Assembly: GCF_009914755.1 (NCBI RefSeq)
Contig: NC_060940.1
DNA length: 64,000 bases
From: the human T2T-CHM13v2.0 reference genome, Homo sapiens
Reading direction: 5' to 3' (one strand)
The translations under genes were made by a program, and so were the position numbers. Under the pieces are notes generated by a model. The model ran no database searches. It was given only the letters and a program-made list of their open reading frames with translations, and was not told the DNA's origin. Of the stretch, positions 1 through 13,319 are shown one piece after another; the stretch's first letter is position 1; each line of letters begins with the position of its first letter.

Positions 1-1118
1 ATTCCATTCGAGGATGATTCCATTCGATTCCATTCGATGATTCCATTCAATTCCATTCGAGGATGATTCCATTCCAGTCCATATGATCATTCCATTTGAT
101 TTCATTCGATGATGATTCCATTCGATTCCATTCGATGATTCCATTCTATTCCATTCGATGATGATTCCATTCGAGTCCATTCGATGATTCCATTCGAGTC
201 CATTTAATGATTCCATTGGGTTCAATTCAATGATGATTACATTGGATTCCGTTCTATGATTCCATTCAATTCCGTTCATTGACAATTTGATTCCATTCGA
301 TGATGATTCCATTTGAGTTCATTCGATGATTCTATTCGATTCTCTTCGATGGTGATTCAATTCTATTATATTGGATGATTCCATTCGATTCCATTTGATG
401 TTGATTCAATTCGATTCTATTCGATGATGATTCCATTGGATTTCACTTGATGATTCTATTCGATTCCATTCAATGATGATTCACTTCTCGTCCATTGGAT
501 GATTCCATTTCATTCCATTCGATGATGATTCCATTCGATTCCATTCGATGATTCCATTTGATTCCATGCGTCGGTGAGCAATTCGATTCAATTCCATGAT
601 GATTCTATTTGATTCAATTAGATGATGTTTCCATTCGAATCCATTCCATGATTATTCCATTGGAATCCATTCGGCGATGATTCCATATGAGTCAATTCAA
701 TGATGATTCCATATGGGTCCGTTCGATGATAATTCCATTTGATTTCATTCGGTGCTTCTATTCAATTCCAGTCGATGATGATTCCGTTGGAGTCCATACG
801 ATGATTCCATTTGATTTCATTTGATGATGATTCCATTCGATGATGATTACATTGGATTCCATTCTATGATTCCATTCAATTCCATTCGTTGATGATTCGA
901 TTCCATTAAATGATGATTCCTTTTGAGTTCATTCGATGATTCTATTCGATTCCGTTCGATGGTGATTCAATTCTCTTATATTGGATGAATCCACTCGATT
1001 CCATTTGATGATTATTCCATTGGAGTCCACTTAGTGAATCCTTCAGATTCTACTCGAAGATGATTCCATTCAAGTCCATTCGATGATACCATTCAATTCC
1101 ATTCGTTGATGCTTCCAT
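1..1118 (+). repeat. Partial A-type unit (3' end)
   Basis: Matches 6139-7256 at offset 6138; carries A-type markers GCGTCGGTGAG and CCTTCAGATT. Confidence 0.9.
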
Positions 1119-4100
1119 TCAAGTGCATTCGATGATATCATTCGATTCCATTTGATGATAATTCCATTTGATTCCATGCGATGATTCTATTCGATTCCAT
1201 TCAATGATAATTCCATTCAGTTCAGTGATTCCTCTGGACTCCATTTGATGATGATTCCATTCAATGATTCCATTCGATTCTATTCGAAAATGATTCCATT
1301 TGAATCCATTTGATGATGATTCCATTAGATTCCATTTGATGATTCCATTCGATTCCATGTGACGATGATTCCATTCGATTCCATGTGATGATTCCATTCT
1401 ATTCTATTCGATGATGATTCCATTCGATTCCATTCGATGATGATTGGATTCGATTCCATTTGATGATTTCATTTGATTCCATTCGTTAATGATTTCGATC
1501 AATTCCATTCGATGATTCCATTCGATTCCATTCGATAATGATTACATCCGTGTCCATTCAGTGATTCCATTTGAGCCTGTTCGATAATTCCATTTGAGTC
1601 CAACCAATGATTCCATTCATTTCCCTTCCATGATTCCATTCGAGTCCATTTGATCATTCCGGTAGGGTCCATTCGATGTTGATTCCATTGGAGTGCATTC
1701 GATGATTCCATTCGAGTCCATTTTATGATTTGATTCGAGTTCTTTCGATGATTCCATTCGATTCCACTCGATGATGATTTCATTCGAGTCCATTCGACAC
1801 TTCCAATCGATTCCATTTGATGTTTCCATTCGAGTCCAATTGATGATTCCATTCAATTCCATTCGATGATGATTCCGTACGATTCCATTCTGTGATGATT
1901 CCATGTGATTGCATTCAATGATGATTCCTTTAGATTGCATTCGATTGTGATTCATTTCGTCTTCATTCTATGGTTCCACAGGTTTCCATTCGTGTCCATT
2001 CCATTATTCCATTCTATTCCATTTGATGATGATTCCATTCGATTCCATTCATTGGTGATTCCACTCAATTCCATTCAATGATTCCATTCCATTTCTTTCA
2101 ACAATGATTCCATTAGTTTCTAATCGATGATCCACTTGATTCCATTTGACGACGATTCCATTCTTGTCCATTCGATGATTCCATTTGATTCCATATGATG
2201 ATGATTCCATTCGATTCCATACGATGATGATTCCATTCGAGTCCATTCAATGGTGATTCCATTCAATTCCATTCGATGATTCCTTTCGATTCCATTCGAT
2301 GATGATGGCATTCGATTCCTTTCAATCATTCCCTTTGATTCCATTCAAAGGTGATTTCATTCAAGTCCATTCGATAATTGCATTCGATTCCATTCTATGA
2401 TGATTCCATTCGAGTCCATTTGATGATTCCATTCAATTCAAGTCAATGATGATTCCATTCGATTCCATTCGATGATTCCATTGGATTCCATTCGATGATG
2501 ATTCCATTCAAATCCATTCGATAATTCAATTCAAGTCCATTCGATGATGATTAAAATCGAATCCATTCAAAGATTCCATTCAGTTCCATTCGATGATTCC
2601 CTTAGATTCCATTCGATGATTCCACTTGATTTCATTTACGATGATTCCATTCGATTCCATGTGATGATTCCATTCAATTCTATTCAATGCTGTTTCCATT
2701 TCTTTCCATTCGACCATGATTGCCTTTGATTCCATTCAATGACTCCATTCGGTTCCTTTTGATGATGATTCCGTTCGATTCCATTTCATTATTCCATTTG
2801 ATTCCATTGGATGAGTCCATTCGATTACATTCGATGATTATTCCATTCGAGTGCATTAGATGATTCCATTCGAGTCCATTCGATGATTCCATTCGATTCC
2901 ATTCGATGTTGATTCTGTTCAAATCCATTCGATGATTCCACTCGATTCCATTCGATGACTCCAGTTGATCCCATTCGATGATTTCCTTTGATTCCCTTTG
3001 ATGATCATTTCGTTTGATTCAATTCGGTGATTTCATTTGATTCCATTCAGTGATGTTTCCATTCGACTCCATTCGATGATGATTCCATTCGACTCCATTC
3101 GATGATGATTCCATTCGACTCCATTCGATTATGATTTCATTCAATTCCATTCGATAATGATTCCCTTCGAGTCCATTCGATGATTCCATTCGATTCCATT
3201 CAACGATGATTTGATTCGTGTCCATTCGATGATTCCATTTGATTCCACTTGATGATGATTCCATTCGAGTCCATTTGATGATTCCATTCAATTCCATTCT
3301 CCGATGATTTCTTTTGAGCCCACTCAATGCTTCCACTCGATTCCATATGATGATGACTCCATTCGATGAAATTCGATGATGATTCCATTCGCTTGCATTC
3401 GATGATGATTCCACTTGAGTCCATTAGAAGATTCTATTCAATTACATTCCATGACGATTCCGTTCGAGTCCATTTGATGATTCCATTAGACTCCATTCGA
3501 CGATGATTCCATTCGATGTTATTCGATGATTCCATTCGATCTCATTCGATGATGATTCCATTCAACTCCATTCGATGTTTCCATTCGAGTTCATTCTATT
3601 ATTCCATTAGATTCCATTCGATGATGATTCCATTCGATTCCATTTGATGATTGCATTCTATTTCATTTGATGATGATTCCATTCGAGTCCACTCGATGAT
3701 TCCATTCGAGTCCATTTAATGAATCCATTGGTTTCAATTCTATGATGATTACATTGGATTCCATTCGTTGATGATTTCATTCGGTTCCATTCAATGATGA
3801 TTCCATTCAATTCCTTTCAATGTTTCCATTCAATTCCATACGATGATGATTCCATTTGATTTGATTCGACAGTGAGCCATTCGATTCAATTCCATGATGA
3901 TTCTATTTGATTCCATTGGTTGACATTTCCATTCGATTCCATTCGATGATGATTCCCTTTGATTCCATTCAAAGATGATTCCATTCTAGCCCATTCAATC
4001 ATTCCATTCGATTCTATTCAATGATGATTCCATTCATGTCGATTTGGTGATTCCATTTGACTTCATTTGATGATGATTCCTTTCAAGTTCATTAGATGAT

Positions 4101-7100
4101 TCCATTCGATTCCATTTGATGATGATCCCATTCGAGTCCATTCAGTGATTCCACTCGTTTCCATTCCATGATGATTCCATTCCATTCCATTCAATGATTC
4201 CATTCGATTCCGTTTGATGATGATTTCATTCGAGTCCATTTGATGATTCCATTTGATTCCATTCGATGATGATTCCATTCGAGTCCATTCGATGATTCTA
4301 TTCGAATCCATTTGATGATTTCTTTTGATTATATTTGGTGATGATTCCATTGGAGTCCATTCAATGATTCCATTCGATTCCAATCGATGGTGATTCCATT
4401 AGAGTCCATTTAATGATTCCATTTGATTCCAGTCTCTGATGATTACATTCGAGTCCATACGATGATTCCACTCAATTCCATATCATGATGATTCCATTCG
4501 ATTCCATTCGATGATTCCATTCTATTCTATTCAATGGTGATTCCATTCGAGTACATTAGATGATTCCATTCGATTCCATTCAATGATGATTCTATTTGTG
4601 TCCCTTAGATGATTCCACATGATTCCATTAGATGATGATACTATTTGAGCCCATCCAATGATTCCCTTCGATTCCATTCGATGAGGATTCCATTCGATTC
4701 AATTCATTGGTGATTCTATTCAATTCAATTCTTTGATTCCATTCCATTCCATTCGACAATGATTCCATTCGATTTCTTTCGATGATTCCACTCGATTCCA
4801 CTTGACATTGATTCCCTTCGATTCCATTCAATGATTCCATTTGATTCCAGTGGATGATGATTGCCATCGATTCCATTTGATCACTCCATTCTATTCCACT
4901 TGATGATGATTACATTCGATTCCATTTGACGATTCCATCTGATTCTATTCGAGGATTCCATTTGATTCCATTCGATGATGATTCCATTCGAGTCCATTCG
5001 ATGATATCATTCGAGTACATCCAATGATTCCATTCGAGTCCATTTGATGATTCCATTTGATTCCATTTGATAATGATTCTACTAGAGTCCATTCAATGAC
5101 TCCATTGGAGTCCATTCAACAATTCCATTCGACTCCATTTGATGATTCCATTGGATTCCATTTGATGATTCCATTCGAGTCCATTTAATCATTACAGTCG
5201 AGTCCATTTGGTGATTCCACCGGCTTTCTTTTGATAATGATACCATTCAATTACATTTGATGATGATCCCATTCAATTTCATTTGATGATGATTCCATTA
5301 GAGTCCATTCGATGATTTCATTCGAGTCCCTTCATTGATTCCATCCGATTTCATTGGATGATGACTCCATTCGAGTCCATTCGATGATTCCACTCGATTC
5401 CATTAGATGATTCCATTGGAGTCCATTTGATTGTTCCATTCGATTCCATTCGATTCCTTTCGAAGATTATTCCATTTGAGTCCATTCGATGATGATTCCA
5501 TTCCATTCCATTCGATGATTCCGTTTGATTCCATTCGATGATTCCCTTCCATTCCTTTCTTTGATGATTCCATTCCATTCCATTCAATGATTCCATTCGA
5601 ATCTATTCCATGATGATTCCTTTCGATTCCATTCGCTGATGTTTCCGTTCAATTCCATTCGATGATGATTCCATTCGATTCCATTCATTGAGGATTCCAT
5701 TTGATTCCATTCAATGATGATTCCGTTCTATTCCATTCAATGATTGCATTCAATTCCATTCAGTGATTATCCCCTTAGAGTAAACTCAACGATTCCATTC
5801 AATACCATTCGATGATGATTCCTTTTGAGTCCATTCAATGATTTCATTCAAGTCCATTTGATGATTCCTTTCAATTCCATTCTATGATGATTCCATTCGA
5901 GTCCATTCGATGATTCCATTCGATTGCATTCGATTATTCCATTATATTCCAGTCAACGATGATTCCATTCGAGTCCATTCGATGATTCCATTAGAGTACA
6001 TTTAATGATTGCTTTGTTTTCAATTCGAAGATGATTACATTGGATTCCATTCTATGATACCATTCGATTCCATTCAATGATGATTCCACTCAAATCCATT
6101 GGATGATTCCATTCGTGTCCATTCGGTGATTTCATTAGATTCCATTCGAGGATGATTCCATTCGATTCCATTCGATGATTCCATTCAATTCCATTCGAGG
6201 ATGATTCCATTCCAGTCCATATGATCATTCCATTTGATTTCATTCGATGATGATTCCATTCGATTCCATTCGATGATTCCATTCTATTCCATTCGATGAT
6301 GATTCCATTCGAGTCCATTCGATGATTCCATTCGAGTCCATTTAATGATTCCATTGGGTTCAATTCAATGATGATTACATTGGATTCCGTTCTATGATTC
6401 CATTCAATTCCGTTCATTGACAATTTGATTCCATTCGATGATGATTCCATTTGAGTTCATTCGATGATTCTATTCGATTCTCTTCGATGGTGATTCAATT
6501 CTATTATATTGGATGATTCCATTCGATTCCATTTGATGTTGATTCAATTCGATTCTATTCGATGATGATTCCATTGGATTTCACTTGATGATTCTATTCG
6601 ATTCCATTCAATGATGATTCACTTCTCGTCCATTGGATGATTCCATTTCATTCCATTCGATGATGATTCCATTCGATTCCATTCGATGATTCCATTTGAT
6701 TCCATGCGTCGGTGAGCAATTCGATTCAATTCCATGATGATTCTATTTGATTCAATTAGATGATGTTTCCATTCGAATCCATTCCATGATTATTCCATTG
6801 GAATCCATTCGGCGATGATTCCATATGAGTCAATTCAATGATGATTCCATATGGGTCCGTTCGATGATAATTCCATTTGATTTCATTCGGTGCTTCTATT
6901 CAATTCCAGTCGATGATGATTCCGTTGGAGTCCATACGATGATTCCATTTGATTTCATTTGATGATGATTCCATTCGATGATGATTACATTGGATTCCAT
7001 TCTATGATTCCATTCAATTCCATTCGTTGATGATTCGATTCCATTAAATGATGATTCCATTTGAGTTCATTCGATGATTCTATTCCATTCCGTTCGATGG

Positions 7101-7256
7101 TGATTCAATTCTCTTATATTGGATGAATCCACTCGATTCCATTTGATGATTATTCCATTGGAGTCCACTTAGTGAATCCTTCAGATTCTACTCGAAGATG
7201 ATTCCATTCAAGTCCATTCGATGATACCATTCAATTCCATTCGTTGATGCTTCCAT
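1119..7256 (+). repeat. Unit U1, A-type, 6138 bp (6112 + 26-bp tandem duplication)
   Basis: Landmark spacing 1119 to 7257; extra CCATTCGACTCCATTCGATGATGATT copy at 3059-3110. Unit phase is arbitrary. Confidence 0.92.
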
Positions 7257-10200
7257 TCAAGTGCATTCGATGATATCATTCGATTCCATTTGATGATAAT
7301 TCCATTTGATTCCATGCGATGATTCTATTCGATTCCATTCAATGATAATTCCATTCAGTTCAGTGATTCCTCTGGACTCCATTTGATGATGATTCCATTC
7401 AATGATTCCATTCGATTCTATTCGAAAATGATTCCATTTGAATCCATTTGATGATGATTCCATTAGATTCCATTTGATGATTCCATTCGATTCCATGCGA
7501 CGATGATTCCATTCGATTCCATGTGATGATTCCATTCTATTCTATTCGATGATGATTCCATTCGATTCCATTCGATGATGATTGGATTCGATTCCATTTG
7601 ATGATATCATTTGATTCCATTCGTTAATGATTTCGATCAATTCCATTCGATGATTCCATTCGATTCCATTCGATAATGATTACATCCGTGTCCATTCAGT
7701 GATTCCATTTGAGCCTGTTCGATAACTCCATTTGAGTCCAACCAATGATTCCATTCATTTCCATTCAATGATTCCATTCGAGTCCATTTGATCATTCCGG
7801 TAGGGTCCATTCGATGTTGATTCCATTGGAGTGCATTCGATGATTCCATTCGAGTCCATTTTACGATTTGATTCGAGTCCTTTCGATGATTCCATTCGAT
7901 TCCACTCGATGATGATTTCATTCGAGTCCATTCGACACTTCCAATCGATTCCATTTGATGTTTCCATTCGAGTCCAATTGATGATTCCATTCAATTCCAT
8001 TCGATGATGATTCCGTAGGATTCCATTCTGTGATGATTCCATGTGATTGCATTCAATGATGATTCCTTTAGATTGCATTCGATTGTGATTCATTTCGTCT
8101 TCACTCTATCGTTCCACAGGTTTCCATTCGTGTCCATTCCATTATTCCATTCTATTCCATTTGATGATGATTCCATTCGATTCCATTCATTGGTGATTCC
8201 ACTCAATTCCATTCAATGATTCCATTCCATTTCTTTCAACAATGATTCCATTAGTTTCTAATCGATGATCCACTTGATTCCATTTGACGACGATTCCATT
8301 CTTGTCCATTCGATGATTCCATTTGATTCCATATGATGATGATTCCATTCGATTCCATACGATGATGATTCCATTCGAGTCCATTCAATGGTGATTCCAT
8401 TCAATTCCATTCGATGATTCCTTTCGATTCCATTCGATGATGATGGCATTCGATTCCTTTCAATCATTCCCTTTGATTCCATTCAAAGGTGATTTCATTC
8501 AAGTCCATTCGATAATTGCATTCGATTCCATTCTATGATGATTCCATTCGAGTCCATTTGATGATTCCATTCAATTCAAGTCAATGATGATTCCATTCGA
8601 TTCCATTCGATGATTCCATTGGATTCCATTCGATGATGATTCCATTCAAATCCATTCGATAATTCAATTCAAGTCCATTCGATGATGATTAAAATCGAAT
8701 CCATTCAAAGATTCCATTCAGTTCCATTCGATGATTCCCTTAGATTCCATTCGATGATTCCACTTGATTTCATTTACGATGATTCCATTCGATTCCATGT
8801 GATGATTCCATTCAATTCTATTCAATGCTGTTTCCATTTGATTCCATTCGACCATGATTGCCTTTGATTCCATTCAATGACTCCATTCGGTTCCTTTTGA
8901 TGATGATTCCGTTCGATTCCATTTCATTATTCCATTTGATTCCATTGGATGAGTCCATTCGATTACATTCGATGATTATTCCATTCGAGTGCATTAGATG
9001 ATTCCATTCGAGTCCATTCGATGATTCCATTCGATTCCATTCGATGTTGATTCTGTTCAAATCCATTCGATGATTCCACTCGATTCCATTCGATGACTCC
9101 AGTTGATCCCATTCGATGATTTCCTTTGATTCCCTTTGATGATCATTCCATTTGATTCAATTCGGTGATTTCATTTGATTCCATTCAGTGATGTTTCCAT
9201 TCGACTCCATTCGATGATGATTCCATTCGACTCCATTCGATTATGATTTCATTCAATTCCATTCGATAATGATTCCCTTTGAGTCCATTCGATGATTCCA
9301 TTCGATTCCATTCAACGATGATTTGATTCGTGTCCATTCGATGATTCCATTTGATTCCACTTGATGATGATTCCATTCGAGTCCATTTGATGATTCCATT
9401 CAATTCCATTCTCCGATGATTTCTTTTGAGCCCACTCAATGCTTCCACTCGATTCCATATGATGATGACTCCATTCGATGAAATTCGATGATGATTCCAT
9501 TCGCTTGCATTCGATGATGATTCCACTTGAGTCCATTAGAAGATTCTATTCAATTACATTCCATGACGATTCCGTTCGAGTCCATTTGATGATTCCATTA
9601 GACTCCATTCGACGATGATTCCATTCGATGTTATTCGATGATTCCATTCGATCTCATTCGATGATGATTCCATTCAACTCCATTCGATGTTTCCATTCGA
9701 GTTCATTCTATTATTCCATTAGATTCCATTCGATGATGATTCCATTCGATTCCATTTGATGATTGCATTCTATTTCATTTGATGATGATTCCATTCGAGT
9801 CCACTCGATGATTCCATTCGAGTCCATTTAATGAATCCATTGGTTTCAATTCTATGATGATTACATTGGATTCCATTCGTTGATGATTTCATTCGGTTCC
9901 ATTCAATGATGATTCCATTCAATTCCTTTCAATGTTTCCATTCAATTCCATACGATGATGATTCCATTTGATTTGATTCGACAGGGAGCCATTCGATTCA
10001 ATTCCATGATGATTCTATTTGATTCCATTGGTTGACATTTCCATTCGATTCCATTCGATGATGATTCCCTTTGATTCCATTCAAAGATGATTCCATTCTA
10101 GCCCATTCAATCATTCCATTCGATTCTATTCAATGATGATTCCATTCATGTCGATTTGGTGATTCCATTTGACTTCATTTGATGATGATTCCTTTCAAGT

Positions 10201-13200
10201 TCATTAGATGATTCCATTCGATTCCATTTGATGATGATCCCATTCGAGTCCATTCAGTGATTCCACTCGTTTCCATTCCATGATGATTCCATTCCATTCC
10301 ATTCAATGATTCCATTCGATTCCGTTTGATGATGATTTCATTCGAGTCCATTTGATGATTCCATTTGATTCCATTCGATGATGATTCCATTCGAGTCCAT
10401 TCGATGATTCTATTCGAATCCATTTGATGATTTCTTTTGATTATAGTTGGTGATGATTCCATTGGAGTCCATTCAATGATTCCATTTGATTCCAGTCTCT
10501 GATGATTACATTCGAGTCCATACGATGATTCCACTCAATTCCATATGATGATGATTCCATTCGATTCCATTCGGTGATTCCATTCTATTCTATTCAATGG
10601 TGATTCCATTCGAGTACATTAGATGATTCCATTCGATTCCATTCAATGATGATTCTATTTGTGTCCCTTAGATGATTCCACATGATTCCATTAGATGATG
10701 ATACTATTTGAGCCCATCCAATGATACCCTTCGATATCATTCGATGAGGATTCCATTCGATTCAATTCATTGGTGATTCTATTCAATTCAATTCTTTGAT
10801 TCCATTCCATTCCATTCGACAATGATTCCATTCGATTTCTTTCGATGATTCCACTCGATTCCACTTGACATTGATTCCCTTCGATTCCATTCAATGATTC
10901 CATTTGATTCCAGTGGATGATGATTGCCATCGATTCCATTCGATCACTCCATTCTATTCCATTTGATGGTGATTACATTCGATTCCATTTGACGATTCCA
11001 TCTGATTCTATTCGAGGATTCCATTTGATTCCATTCGATGATGATTCCATTCGAGTCCATTCGATGATTTCATTCGAGTACATCCAATGATTCCATTCGA
11101 GTCCATTTGATGATTCCATTTGATTCCATTTGATAATGATTCTACTAGAGTCCATTCAATGACTCCATTCGAGTCCATTCAACAATTCCATTCGACTCCA
11201 TTTGATGATTCCATTGGATTCCATTTGATGATTCCATTCGAGTCCATTTAATCATTACAGTCGAGTCCATTTGGTGATTCCACCGGATTTCTTTTGATAA
11301 TGATACCATTCAATTACATTTGATGATGATCCCATTCAATTTCATTTGATGATGATTCCATTAGAGTCCATTCGATGATTTCATTCGAGTCCCTTCATTG
11401 ATTCCATCCGATTTCATTGGATGATGACTCCATTCGAGTCCATTCGATGATTCCACTCGATTCCATTAGATGATTCCATTGGAGTCCATTTCATTGTTCC
11501 ATTCGATTCCATTCGATTCCTTTCGAAGATTATTCCATTTGAGTCCATTCGATGATGATTCCATTCCATTCCATTCGATGATTCCGTTTGATTCCATTCG
11601 ATGATTCCCTTCGATTCCTTTCTTTGATGATTCCATTCCATTCCATTCAATGATTCCATTCGAATCTATTCCATGATGATTCCTTTCGATTCCATTCGCT
11701 GATGTTTCCGTTCAATTCCATTCGATGATGATTCCATTCGATTCCATTCATTGAGGATTCCATTTGATTCCATTTAATGATGATTCCGTTCTATTCCATT
11801 CAATGATTGCATTCAATTCCATTCAATGATTATCCCCTTAGAGTAAACTCAACGATTCCATTCAATACCATTCGATGATGATTCCTTTTGAGTCCATTCA
11901 ATGATTTCATTCAAGTCCATTTGATGATTCCTTTCAATTCCATTCTATGATGATTCCATTCGAGTCCATTCGATGATTCCATTCGATTGCATTCGATTAT
12001 TCCATTATATTCCAGTCAACGATGATTCCATTCGAGCCCATTCGATGATTCCATTAGAGTACATTTAATGATTGCTTTGTTTTCAATTCGAAGATGATTA
12101 CATTGGATTCCATTCTATGATACCATTCGATTCCATTCAATGATGATTCCACTCAAATCCATTGGATGATTCCATTCGTGTCCATTCGGTGATTTCATTA
12201 GATTCCATTCGAGGATGATTCCATTCGATTCCATTCGATGATTCCATTCAATTCCATTCGAGGATGATTCCATTCCAGTCCATATGATCATTCCATTTGA
12301 TTTCATTCGATGATGATTCCATTCGATTCCATTCGATGATTCCATTCTATTCCATTCGATGATGATTCCATTCGAGTCCATTCGATGATTCCATTCGAGT
12401 CCATTTAATGATTCCATTGGGTTCAATTCAATGATGATTACATTGGATTCCGTTCTATGATTCCATTCAATTCCGTTCATTGACAATTTGATTCCATTCG
12501 ATGATGATTCCATTTGAGTTCATTCGATGATTCTATTCGATTCTCTTCGATGGTGATTCAATTCTATTATATTGGATGATTCCATTCGATTCCATTTGAT
12601 GTTGATTCAATTCGATTCTATTCGATGATGATTCCATTGGATTTCACTTGATGATTCTATTCGATTCCATTCAATGATGATTCACTTCTCGTCCATTGGA
12701 TGATTCCATTTCATTCCATTCGATGATGATTCCATTCGATTCCATTCGATGATTCCATTTGATTCCATGCGACGGTGAGCAATTCGATTCAATTCCATGA
12801 TGATTCTATTTGATTCAATTAGATGATGTTTCCATTCGAATCCATTCCATGATTATTCCATTGGAATCCATTTGGCGATGATTCCATATGAGTCAATTCA
12901 ATGATGATTCCATATGGGTCCGTTCGATGATAATTCCATTTGATTTCATTCGATGCTTCTATTCTATTCCAGTCGATGATGATTCCGTTGGAGTCCATAC
13001 GATGATTCCATTTGATTTCATTTGATGATGATTCCATTCGATGATGATTACATTGGATTCCATTCTATGATTCCATTCAATTCCATTCGTTGATGATTCG
13101 ATTCCATTCAATGATGATTCCATTTGAGTTCATTCGATTATTCTATTCGATTCCGTTCGATGGTGATTCAATTCTCTTATATTGGATGATTCCCCTCGAT

Positions 13201-13319
13201 TCCATTTGATGATTATTCCATTGGAGTCCACTTAGTGAATCCTTTAGATTCTACTCGAAGATGATTCCATTCGAGTCCATTCAATGATACCATTCAATTT
13301 CATTCGTTGATGCTTCCAT
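7257..13319 (+). repeat. Unit U2, A-type, 6063 bp (6112 - 49-bp deletion)
   Basis: Landmark spacing 7257 to 13320; 49-bp deletion junction at ~10486. Confidence 0.92.

Noticed and set aside
2544-2729. Recurrent plus-strand 61-aa ORF (MMIKIESIQRF...) in every A unit
   Set aside because: It is a chance gap in TGA stops at the length threshold, not listed in B/C units. Recurrence reflects tandem duplication, not coding constraint.
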